Assembly: GCA_051047955.1 (NCBI GenBank)
Contig: JBPGPT010000004.1
Coordinates: 1-64,000, forward strand
Reading direction: 5' to 3'
DNA length: 64,000 bases
Source of the DNA: Cystobasidiomycetes sp. EMM_F5
Taxonomy: Eukaryota
Shown here: positions 28,981 through 40,069 of the stretch, piece by piece
How positions within the stretch are numbered: the stretch's first letter is position 1
Layout of the letters: the number at the start of each line of letters is the position of its first letter
Translations under genes and position numbers: made by a program
Notes under the pieces: generated by a model
Told to the model about the DNA's origin: nothing
What the model saw: the letters and a program-made list of their open reading frames with translations, nothing else
The model's database searches: none

Positions 28981-29402
28981 GTCGGGGAAGTACAGAACGT
29001 CAAGGTGTAAGGTCCAGAGAAGGAGGATCTCCGTGCTGTATCGCAGCTCTGCCAGTCTGCCAGACTGCGCTACGATATCCTATCCTGTCTTCGACCTTTA
29101 CGCTTGCTCGGTCATCGGCTTCTAGCAGTGTATTGTCAAAAGCGCAGCATCAGCACAGACTGTTTGAATCAAAAACTCGTCAAGATGCAAAGAAAGGCAG
29201 CTTCAGACCTGGCTCGCTCGCTGCGAAAAGGGAGCAGGAAGCGTGCAAAATTGACGCTGACGGCGATGATATTGGTCATTCGTTTGACACGTGATTTGCG
29301 TCGATATGCTATTTCTGACGTGCATCCTTCACATTGGTCTTAACGACGCACTGCTTGGGCGACAGTCTACTGTGCCTCCGCCAGTCACTTACATTCTTCC
29401 AT

Positions 29403-30924
29403 CTAAGCAAACATTTTCGAGTATGCCTTTTGCTGCTTCTTTTTCAGCTCGTCTCGTTTGGCAATTGCCTTTTTCAGTTCTGCTTCGACTGCTTTATCAC
29501 TGGGTACGAGTGCGAGAGCTGCCTGGAAGTCGGCTATGGCTGCGTCGTACTCTTTCAGGAGGTTTTGCGCCGCTCCTCGGCGAAAGTAGGCTTTGGCGCG
29601 TTCGTCGGCAGTCATGTTGCGCGACATGGGATGCACCGTCCCCTCTTCTACTGGATCGCTGTGTATCTCCAATGCATGCGTCGCTTGGACAATGCACAAG
29701 CGTAGACTCTTCTGAGTACCGGCTTTGAGACCCGCTAGAGCCGAGTTGAGGTACAAGGACAGTCGGAGTGCCATCCATGTCTCCTCAAAGCTAAGTTCGG
29801 CTGGAGGCTGTATCCACGTCTTCAGTCAGGTCAAGAATTGACAATAGTCAAAGTGACGTACAAGATAAGGGTGGATGTTCATGTACTTCAACGCCTTTTG
29901 GTCTGCAAGTACAATCAATTACGAGTCGTCGCGTTTTGAACACGTCGACTCACACTTCAGCTGGGCATTGTCAAAATCGCCCTTTTTCAACAAACTCGTT
30001 CCAATAGTCTTGAGTTCGGTCGCAATCTTGTAGGCTGTGGCAGGGTCATGCACGTTGGCTTCGTCATCCGACGGATGGCTTTCGTACGCATCTCCGTGCT
30101 CGTCTGCCTTCTTTGAGCCTTCGAGCACCGCATCTGCAGGCAGTTCTCCGCAATCCGCAATCACGATGTCTTCCGTCGGCTTGTCACTCTTGGTCTCTGC
30201 CGCTTCAATCAAGCGAACTGTACTCCTTCCAGAGATGACACGTCCAAAGACGACGTGCTTGCCGTCCAAGTGCGGAGTAGGAACGGTGGTAATGAAGAAT
30301 TGGGATCCGTTGGTGCCTGGACCGGCATTTGCCATGGACAGGAGGAATGGCTTGTCGTGCTTCTTTTCAAAATTTTCGTCGGCAAATTTCTCGCCGTATA
30401 TCGACTCTCCGCCTGTTCCGTTGCCGTTTGTAAAGTCGCCGCCCTCTGATTTTTGGCAAGGTTAGACTGTTTGATGCTTTATGTCGATCGCTTGGACGCA
30501 CGAATCATGAATTGCTTGATGACACGATGGAAGGAGCTCTGTTGCGATATGATGGGTTGGCGTGTCTTCTGTTTCGACAGAGCCATTACATTAACTTACG
30601 CCCTTGTACGACAGCGGTGTGCCTGGTTTGGTTTTGCACTCTCCCTTTTCTCCCGTACACAGCGCTCGAAAGTTCTCTGCTGTGCGAGGAGTGATGTCCT
30701 GTCGAGCGAATCTGATTAGCCAGCTGCAGGTCGAGTGCATTAGTCTTGACGTACATTGTACAACTCCATGACAATGCGGCCGACATTGCTCTCGTCGATG
30801 CCTGCGCAGGCGTATCCATCAACAGACGTCTCGCTCCCCGCAAGTGGCTCATGTGCATACTTATATCGAAAAACACGCGGGGCCTGTGCGATGATTTCGC
30901 AGAGGATGTGTCTTTTTCTGCCAT
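29403..30924 (-). CDS. CPR6: Cyclophilin 40 / PPIase D (cyclophilin plus TPR)
   Basis: [64 protein letters not shown]; ends AYSKMFA. Confidence 0.93.
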
Positions 30925-31086
30925 GTTTGATTGAGAATTTGGATGTAATGATGGGTCTTCAGTAATGAGCAGCTCTTGTTACACCAGATTCATCAAGTTA
31001 CTACGAGTCCAACCTGGCCATTCTTCGAGAAACATCACAGCCAGGCTTCGATCGTGCACTACAGCCCTCGACCAACCCATGGCAGC

Positions 31087-34000
31087 ATGGCAGACCCTCA
31101 GAACGATGCAGACAAGGTGATTACAGGCCGCTATCGATGCCTTGGACGCATTACTGACCAGGGCTGGCAACATGATTATCGCCCACAGATCCGACTGAAG
31201 CGCCTCGAGCGTCTGCAGGCTGCAACACAGTCTTCGTCTGGAGCTTCGTCTTCTACTTCACCGTCTGCAACTCCCCTCCCCGAGCCATCATCAGGCAGCC
31301 CGTCAGCGTCATCGAGTGCCGCCGCCGCACGGTCGTCATCTGCGCTTGCGACGCCGGTATCCTCTGGCAAGTCTGTAGAAACGTCAAAACGACCACTCAG
31401 CAGTACCGCTCTATCATCCGAGAACGGCGAGACGCGCATTCCTGTCGCCGTGTCTGCGCGAAAAGATGGCATCTCTTCGCCATCAATCAGGAACTCAGCG
31501 GCCAGCAAGCCTATAGTACAAGGAGGCAACACGCCCATCAGTGGCTCGACATCTGCCGGAAGTGATGCCGCTCTGAGAATTCCGTACCCGCTATGGTTTT
31601 CAGGGGTCGTCAGTCGGGTCTTCAACTTTACCCTATCGCAACAGCGCGCAGAATCGTCAAACTGGTCAGTCACCTATCTCTATACGCTCCACGAGGAACT
31701 CGTGTCCGAACAGCAGCAGCGACAGGGCGAAGCGTCAACCAGCGAGACCCGTTTCACTGAGGATAATCTCGAAAGAGCCATCGTCGCGCGATTGAGCATG
31801 GATGCATCTCAACTAGCTGATCAAGAGGATGTGGAGATGGAGGACGAATCGGAAAGCAATACAACAGATCCAGCCGTTCGGCTGACCGTACTGGCCGGTC
31901 TGCCACAACAGACGACAAATCTCGAATACCTGATTGGGTGCTGGAAGCGTCTGCCAGTGGAGAGACAGAGAATAGGACAACCGAAGAGTGCCAGCGATGA
32001 TGCTGCCAAGCGATTGCAAGCGCTGGACTTTATCAAGCGGAAAGTAGTGGAAGGTATCGGGTTACAGCTGCAAGAGCCAGAACTGTTTCCACAGCCTCCA
32101 AACAAGCTGTTGGGTGGTGCAGAACTCCTTCCTCCCCTACTTCAATCATCTTCATATCCCACCACTCCACAATTGAGCATGGACTCTCACCAGATACTGG
32201 CGCTACTGGCTGACATCGCAGCGATATACACCACACCCACTTCTTCTGCTGATCTCGTCGACGTACTAGGCACGCCCGTGCTGCAGTCGCTCATAAGTAA
32301 ACTGAGTGCAAAGCAGAGCTCGATACAGGGCTTGTTGGCAGCAATGGGTGCACCAGCTTCATCAACGGAAGGCGTTCTCGACTTGACGGGTATAGAATGG
32401 CGCAACGTCGTGCGCGGGGTTGTTGAGATGTCTGATGTCAAGTCGATTGCAAATATGGTACGCTCTGTAAATCTCCGCACACTTCCGTTAAGCCCGACTA
32501 ACAGCCCTACAAACAGTTTCCTGAAATGCCAAATTGGTGTCCTGCAGGGGCGCCAGCGCAGACTTTTGAGACAGAAGCACTTCTCGGCCCTCTCCTTCGT
32601 CTTGGATGCTTCGCTGATGCCTTTGTGAGTTTAGTGTTACTCTAGCAACGTTTTGCAAGTTGGCTTACAGTGTGATCCTAGCCGTCAGTCGGCAAGGCCT
32701 ACTTTGCGCAGCCTTCTGCCCTATCTAGAGAAGCGATAGAAGCTTCGTCAAATGCACTGCGAGGAACTCTCAATTCGCTTCAATCACTCCTGTTTAGCAT
32801 TTTCAACAACATCGTCAGATCATCGCCTGCGTCAAGAGAGCATGTACTAGCGCTCTTTGCGCACGTACTGGAGATTAACACAAAACGCGATGGTATGCGC
32901 GTAGATAGAAGGACAGTATCCAGCGATGGCTTCATGATCAATACCTTTTCGGTCCTAATGGGCTTGGCCGCGCCTTTCATGGATCTAAGCTTTTCGAAGA
33001 TCGACAAGATTGATGCAGAGTACTTCCGGAAATGCCGAGGAAGAATAGATATCAAGGAAGTGACCAAGATTCACGCTACCGGTGATGAAGCAAAGGAGTA
33101 CTATAACGATTACGCAATGACAGACTGTGAGTAGAGGTATACCGACGATATTCAGGCTGTATACTGAGATTGTCTCCACTCATTCGATTTGCAACAGCTT
33201 CGCCTCCGCCAAACTTTATCTCCGAAGTCTTTTTCCTGGCTACCGGTTACTTCCACTATGCGCTTTATCCGGCCTTCAGCTACCACGAAAGTATACAACG
33301 TCACCTTCGGAACTTGCAAGAGGACCTGCAAGACGCAGAAAGCAATCGACAATTTGACGGCACACCTCAAGAAGCGGGTTATCGTCAGCAGGTGGAGCGA
33401 ATGAAAGCTGAATTAGACGCTTGGAAGAGCAGGGTACATGCTGCTGAAGTCCAGCTACTCGACCCGGGCTTTATTGCGCGAGTCGCGACATTCTCCAATT
33501 TTGTCATGACTTGGCTAGTCCGGCTAGTCGACCCAAAAGGCAGACATCCAGCAGAGTCTATCCAGCTAGGCAGTCTTCCGGAAGAGACACCGCTCGCCTT
33601 TCGAATGCTCCCGGAGTATCTCGTTGAGGACGTGACCGAGTTCTACTTCTTCATCTCAAGATATGCGCCTCAGAACATGCTCGAAGTGCAGAAGGATCAG
33701 CTATTGACATTCATTATTGTTTTCCTGAACACGCCATACGTCAATAATCCATACCTCAAGGGCAAGTTTGTAGAGATCCTTTACCGGAATACTCGATCCT
33801 GGGGACCGCGCTATCCCCGAGGGACTATGGGCGATGTAATCAACTTCCACCCTCTGGCGCTCAAAGGTCTCCTACCCGCATTAATGACAGTCTACTGCCG
33901 TACGTGTGATCGTAATACTTTTGCTGTTTGCACGTCTGAATTTTCGAAATCTATAGAAATCGAATTCACTGGACAGCATAATCAATTCTACGAGAAGTTC

Positions 34001-35033
34001 GAAGTAAGACATCGTAAGCCGCAACACGACCTATAAACAAGCCCGATGCTGAACCATCTACTGTCACACTGCAGAAATAGCCAAGATTTTGAAATTGATT
34101 TGGGAGACGCGCGAACATCGCGAAGCATTTAAAGCCGAGACCAACCGCGAGGGATTTGTACGCTTCGTCAACTACCTGCTCAACGATGCGACTTTCTTGT
34201 TGGACGAAGCTTTGTCGAAGCTCGTCACGATCCATGACATCCAGCAAGAGATGGCAGATAAAGCGACATGGGACGCGCAGACCGATGAACAAAAAAAGGA
34301 TCGTGAAAAGCTCTTCAAACAAGCAGAAGGCATGGCTTCGTCGTTCCTGATCTATACATACGAAGTACTGCATCTACTCAAGACGCTGACAGCCGAGGCT
34401 CCAGAACCGTTCCTGATGGGCGAGATCGTTGATCGATTGGCTGCTTCCCTGGACTTCAATCTGAATGTACTTGCTGGTCCACGATGTCAAGAGCTGCGGG
34501 TACAAGACAAGGAGAAGTATCGCTTCCGACCTCGGGAGCTGCTTAGCGATATATTACAGATCATCATCAATCTCGGCAACCGCGAGGCTTACGTAGCAGC
34601 CACGGCAAAGGACGGACGAAGTTATAGCAAGGGTCTGTTTGACAATGCTATGCGTATTGCTGCACGCGCTGGCATCAAGGGCGACCAACAACTCCTAGTA
34701 CTCCGGTCACTCGTCGAGCGCGTTGAAGCTATCCGCGAAGCTGAAGCTGCGGAGGAAGAGCTTGGCGAGACTCCCGACGATTACCTTGATCCCCTGACCG
34801 CGGAGATCATGGTTGACCCAGTTACCCTGCCAGCAAGTGGCATAAACATTGATTTTAACACAATCAAGCAGCATCTTCTCACGGTTCAGCAAGATCCGTT
34901 CAATCGCACACCGCTCAAAATTGAGGATATCAAGCGTAACGACCAACTAAGAGGCGAAATAGAAGCCTTTAGGCGGCAACGGAAAGAAGAGAGGCTGAGT
35001 AAGATGCGTGAAGCAGTACAACCTGCAGAGTAG
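31087..35033 (+). CDS. UFD2: U-box ubiquitin chain elongation factor E4
   Basis: MADPQNDADK|IRLKRL, SSDGFMIN, NFISEVFF, NPYLKGKFVE, QFYEKF, U-box DYLDPLTAEIMVDPVTLP...DPFNRTPL. Confidence 0.94.
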
Positions 35034-35301
35034 TAAGGTGTCAATGTAGCATCTTGTCGTTGTTCTCGATTAGTAGGTCACTTCATTTCGGCAGTTAGGA
35101 TATCTTTACGCGCTGTGGCTGCTAGCTGCACTACAACAGAGTTTAAAGAATGCTGAATCATGGCGCTAGTATTACGAGGCGACTGGCTGCCGCGCGAAAT
35201 GGAAAGTGGTGATGTTTGGCACCGCTAGCATGTATGCTTGTGCATGAATGACTAGCCAAGCTGTTAGTCATTAACGTCTCAAATGCTTGCAGTGTGGTGA
35301 C

Positions 35302-35995
35302 TTACAAGGAATCTAGAACTCGACTCCTATTCGCCGTCCTTGACGTTGCGATCCCAAGCTGATAGTCTGCGTCGCTGTCTGGCTCGAAGGAAATCAAGGC
35401 GTACCTTGAGCAGCTTGCAGCAAAGTGCATGCTGCCCTTAGAAGGGTCCCAAAATAAGGGCCTTTCCGACTCATATGTTGCCGTGCGGTTGTCGAAACTG
35501 CCCGCGCAATCTGTGTTCCATCCGTCGCCCTGCTTAGAAGGGTCCCAAAATAAGGGCCTTTCCGACTCATATGTTGCCCTGCGGTTGTCGAAACTGCCCG
35601 CGCTGATCGTATTCCTTAGCGGCCGCTTTTGCAGCCAGGACGTCGGTCGTCTCGTGGCCGATAATACACCAGACCGCCGGGTCCTGGTAGAGCCTGGCAT
35701 ACGACTTGAGGCGCCGTCCAGCTCTGCAAAAGTTTGCAAACGCCAAACGTCTGACGCCGGTGGCGAGGTGTTTGGCGAGCGGCGGTAGCTGCGCCCAGTG
35801 TTCTTTGCTACTGTATATTGAGACCGTACAGTTTGTATTAGATCTGGAACGTTAGAAAGACTTGAAGATACTCCCAGCTTACCCTAACAGTGGCGTTGGT
35901 AGTGCAGCCGGCGCAGCCGGTGCAGCCGGTGCAGGCTCGACAAAGCCTTCTTCAAAGAAGAACAGTGGCAGAGTCGGAGTGCTTGAATGTGCCAT
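35302..35995 (-). CDS. Orphan spliced ORF; 3' end uncertain (stop at 35567 or 35302)
   Basis: ATG 35995 in AAAAATGG context; canonical intron 35811-35882 (GTAAGC..CTAAT..TACAG) preserves frame; no recognisable domain. Confidence 0.4.
35437..35603. repeat. Direct duplication: two 71-bp copies, 96-bp period
   Basis: 35437-35507 and 35533-35603 differ at one base; 25-bp unique spacer. Confidence 0.95.
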
Positions 35996-36222
35996 TTTTT
36001 ATGTTGAAAGGCGGGGACGGGGAAGCTCGTGCGACTGCCTTCATTGCTCGTCTTTCGTGGAGGAGTCTTACTGAATGTGTAGTGAAGACTAAAGATAATG
36101 TCAGCTGAGGACTGCAAAGCCTGTGTCGGCATACTGACCTCGCCGATATGCGAAAGAGGAGTCAGGGAGAGCATAGTTAGTCCTTGCCGGAGGCTACTCT
36201 CCCTCATGCATGCGGTGCGATG

Positions 36223-36266
36223 GCCAGCGGCAGCAACACAGACGCATCTGTACTGCTGCCGCCGAC
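36223..36266 (-). other. 20-bp RNA hairpin with 4-nt loop
   Basis: Minus strand GUCGGCGGCAGCAGUACAGA-UGCG-UCUGUGUUGCUGCCGCUGGC pairs continuously using four G-U pairs, which are A-C mismatches on the plus strand. Confidence 0.6.
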
Positions 36267-36607
36267 AGGAGGAAAGGAAAGGAAGGACGGGAGGTTTAGC
36301 GTCAGACGAAACGGAAGCTTATCAAGCGAACGAGTGGGGGTCCGACAAGCATGGCGTCAGTATGATACGTGGGCGAGATGTGGAGGTCAGCTCTTTTCGC
36401 GGGGGTAAAATCGTCAGACAACGTCGAGAAGAAGAACGACGATAGCTGCATCAGGACATGTCCAGAGTAGATGCACGCAGCAGTAGTCAGTGTATTTGTA
36501 ACGAGAGTGTGTTTGATCTGGGTGTACGTTCGGAAAGGTCGATATCTCATCGTCAGAGTTCGTGAGCATTGCCTTTGCCCAATTCTTCGCCGCACGACAG
36601 CTGTCCA

Positions 36608-38066
36608 ATGTCCGTTCTGCTCGAGACGAGCATCGGAGACCTCATTCTTGACTTGGATGGTATGCTGGTTTGCGTCAAGCCGTTCTATCGCCTTTGGACT
36701 GACCAGCTACAATTTCCAATAAACAGTCGAACGATGCCCACTGCTTTGCGAGAACTTCATAAAGCTCTGCAAGATCTACTATTACTCGTACTGCGCCTTC
36801 TTTAACGTTCAGAAGGACTTCATCGTACAGGCTGGAGACCCTACAGATACTGGCGAAGGCGGCTCCAGCGTATGGTATCACATTGACCAGCGGCAACGAG
36901 AATATGGCAGGAACAAGGGCAAAGCACCAGCGTCTAGGCTATTCAAGCCAGAAAGACATCCTGGACTAAAGCACACGGAGCTCGGAACGCTGTCTATGGC
37001 GGTCAGCGGTGACGCCGACACAGGAGGTTGTGGCAGCATATTCTTCATTACGCTACAGGAAAATGCGACGTATCTTGACGGCAAACATGCTCCATTCGGA
37101 AGATGCGTAGAGGAAGAGAGTGTGGAAACGCTGCGCAAATTCAATACGGAAGTTCTGACCGACGAGTCTGGCAAACCACTACGAGATGTCCGAATTAGAC
37201 ATGTGGTCATACTGGATGACCCTTTTCCTGACCCAGAAGGTCTCATCGTTCCTCCAAACTCTCCTGTACCGACAGCAGCACAGCTCAAGTCCCTGCGAGT
37301 TGGCGAAGATGAAGCGCTACCGGATGAGAACACAGATCAAGCGGACCTCGAAAGAATACGACGAGAGCGCGAAGCAAGAGCGCAAGCGTTGACATTGGAG
37401 ATGGTCGGAGATTTACCATTCGCCGATGTTGCACCTCCCGAAAACGTTCTCTTCATATGCAAGCTGAACGCTGTCACGCGCTCTGAAGATCTAGAACTAA
37501 TCTTTTCGCGCTTTGGAACGATCCTTTCATGCGAAGTCATTCGCGACAAAAGGACTGGAGATTCCCTCAATTACGCATTCATCGAATTTGACAAAAAGGA
37601 GGAAGCAGAGAGAGCCTACATGAAGATGGATAACGTATTGATTGACGACCGTCGGATACACGTCGACTTTTCGCAATCCGTTTCAAAGCTACACAACGAC
37701 TGGATCTATCAGCGCACAGGCGGCAAACCTCCGCCCAATAAGTTTGGGGGAAACAAGATGTCCAGCGCAGACAGAGACAGCCGCTCCCCACCTGCGCACA
37801 AAAACGGCAAGGGCCACGGCGATATGGTCTTTGACCTTGACGACTATGACAGAAACGTGCAACGCAAGCGCGATACCTACCAGGCTCCGGACAGGGATGG
37901 CGATCGGAACGGTCATCGCAATGGCCGGGATGCGTATCGTCGAGATGACGGAGGTCGCAGGTTGCATCACGCCGACATTCGAGATAGGTCGCCTAGACGA
38001 AGTAGCACCGACTCACGACGAGACAGAGACAGGCAAGATGACAGGAGACAGGATCGACGAAGGTAA
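36608..38066 (+). CDS. PPIL4: Cyclophilin-RRM protein (PPIL4 / Rct1 / Cyp59)
   Basis: [64 protein letters not shown]-rich tail. Confidence 0.93.
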
Positions 38067-38248
38067 CGACCACATCATTGGTACTGGCGCAGACCACAAT
38101 GCAAGACCTTGTGGTCACTGTACCCGTTGCGGTACGCGTAAGACATGTAGGCGTGCGAAGCCACACCACAGCTTCAATCTTCGTTCAAGACGCATAATGC
38201 TGCGCTACATTGCCGTCACTGGGTTACTTGTACAGGTCAAGTGCCGGG

Positions 38249-39919
38249 CTACCACAGACTACTTCTCCGCGTACTATCCTTCGCTACCGAACCCATCGGA
38301 GATTTCGGTTTGATCTGCGAGGTTGACATAGGATTTGGACTTGATGGCCGGCTGGACGCCGCGCTATTAGTCCCGAGAGCTGATCTGGAGGTACTCTCTG
38401 GTCGTCGTATTGACGTTTTGCGAGCGGTGTTTGAGGTGGATGACCGCATTTTTTGTGCAGCAACAGCCAGATCCTGTACCGTGCGACGAGAAACGACAAT
38501 GTCAAGCTGTATACGTAATGGCTTATAGGAATACTGCGCACCTGTATCATGGCGTTGTATGTATCATTCTGACCAGACAGAGTCTCTTTGCTTTCGAGTA
38601 GGCGTGTGAGATGCGTACTCGCTGCTACTGCCTCCTTCTGCATTTCCTGCCGCAACACTTCCAGTTCAGTATTTGTCTGTAGCGCCATGCTATCTTCGTG
38701 TATCGCTACGAGTTCTTTGCAGCGCGGCAGGTTAAACTTGGGACCGGCAGCAGCTTGTCGCGACGTAGCCGGCGAAGGCGATCTCCCAACACCACTGCCT
38801 GACGCGTGGAGTCGACTACTGGAACTGTTCGGATGTCGTGCAGTGGCTGTCAATGATGCTTTCTTGGATACGGGTGAAGCGGGGATGGTATGTATGGACG
38901 GTAAGACAAGAGAGGGTAGCGGATTCTTGGCGGGAGCGACCTGTGAAGCTCATAGATTGTAAGGTGGCAGAATAGGGTATATAAGAAAGTAGACTCACGT
39001 CGTCGAGATCAATAGGCTTGCCGAGCGCTCTCAGCATCTTTAATCTTGTTTGAGACCGTCGCCAGTCAAAGTCCGCAATTGGAATGGGGGATCGTAGAAA
39101 TTGGAGCATACTCTTCTCTTCGTCCGTCTCGCATATCTCTGGTGGTTTAGCTGGCGTCTCGACAGGCCCATCGGGAATGATACTATCCCAAAAGTGCGGG
39201 TCAGCTGCTTCGAGCAGGGCACGTATCTGAGGCCACACGACATCGTAGGACGAATCTTTGGCAAAGTCTATGAAACCTCCTTGTGGGAGTGCTAGTACTC
39301 TTGAATGAGGTGATAGTGGACGGTCTTGCATCGGCTGGCTGCTCGTTGATGCTACCGGAGCTTGTTCGAAACTGAAGTCGGCGTTTGGCTGAGCTTCGTC
39401 GAAAGCGCCAAAGTCGTCGTCATCATCATCACCACCCTTTGTCGCGTTTGTGTGTCCAAAGTCTCCGAATCCATCATCGTCGTCGTTGTTGTTGTTGTCA
39501 TCGTCTGGAAAGTCGTCAAATTGTCCTTCAGTGTCGGCGATAGTATTAGACGGTATTCCAGGGAATGGACGCCCGGAAGACGGTCCTGCTTCTGGGGCAG
39601 AGTCATTCGCGGGCTGGATATCCGTTGCCATCGCAGTCTTTGGCGCGGATATCTCCTCATTGACCACGCCATCCCGCGCTCTGTTTCGCAGACTGAGCTT
39701 GCTGGCTGCGTCAATAAAGTCAACTTCCCCATCCTCTCCCTCGTCTCCCTCGTCCCATGCATTATCGTCTCTGCCGTGCTCGTCGTTGGCCTTCTTTGCG
39801 CCGTTCAAATTGTCGATATTCCGGCTGTCCGCGCCCAGCTGCTGGCCAGCACTCGATGATGCTATCGGCGGTGATGGCCGTGCCCATATATTATCGCTCT
39901 CGTCGTCATCAAAGTTCAT
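38249..39919 (-). CDS. Acidic FGDF-motif protein (DUF5102-like), 3 exons
   Basis: DGFGDF and DDFGAF in acidic tracts; FDWRRSQTRLKMLRALGKPIDLDD; helical YNAMIQ|DLVAVAQKMR; stop at 38249. Confidence 0.7.
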
Positions 39920-40069
39920 TGTTATAATCAATTGTCAGAATGATAAACGCAGGTTGGCTTTTAATCATCAAGACATGCAAACGGCACAACATTAATCGCA
40001 GCAATGTGTGAGTTGTAGCTGGATTTGAGAGAGGTAATCGCTGATTATTAGCAACATATTACTCGCCAA

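Noticed and set aside
35437..35603. Repeat-spacer-repeat as a CRISPR array
   Set aside because: Only two copies, 71-bp repeat, eukaryotic context, no cas genes.
35881..35888. ACCCTAAC as a telomerase RNA template
   Set aside because: An 8-mer is expected by chance in 64 kb, it is the antisense of a good splice donor, and I found no convincing pseudoknot or three-way junction. Only cross-species invariance would revive it.
36513..36538. TTGATCTGG...GAAAGG resembling the 3' half of a fungal TPP riboswitch
   Set aside because: Lacks the upstream CUGAGA motif and the P5 partner CCAG; no thiamine gene nearby.
29403..38066. Two cyclophilin genes within 9 kb as a cluster
   Set aside because: Different ancient subfamilies (Cyp40 versus PPIL4) with no sign of local duplication.
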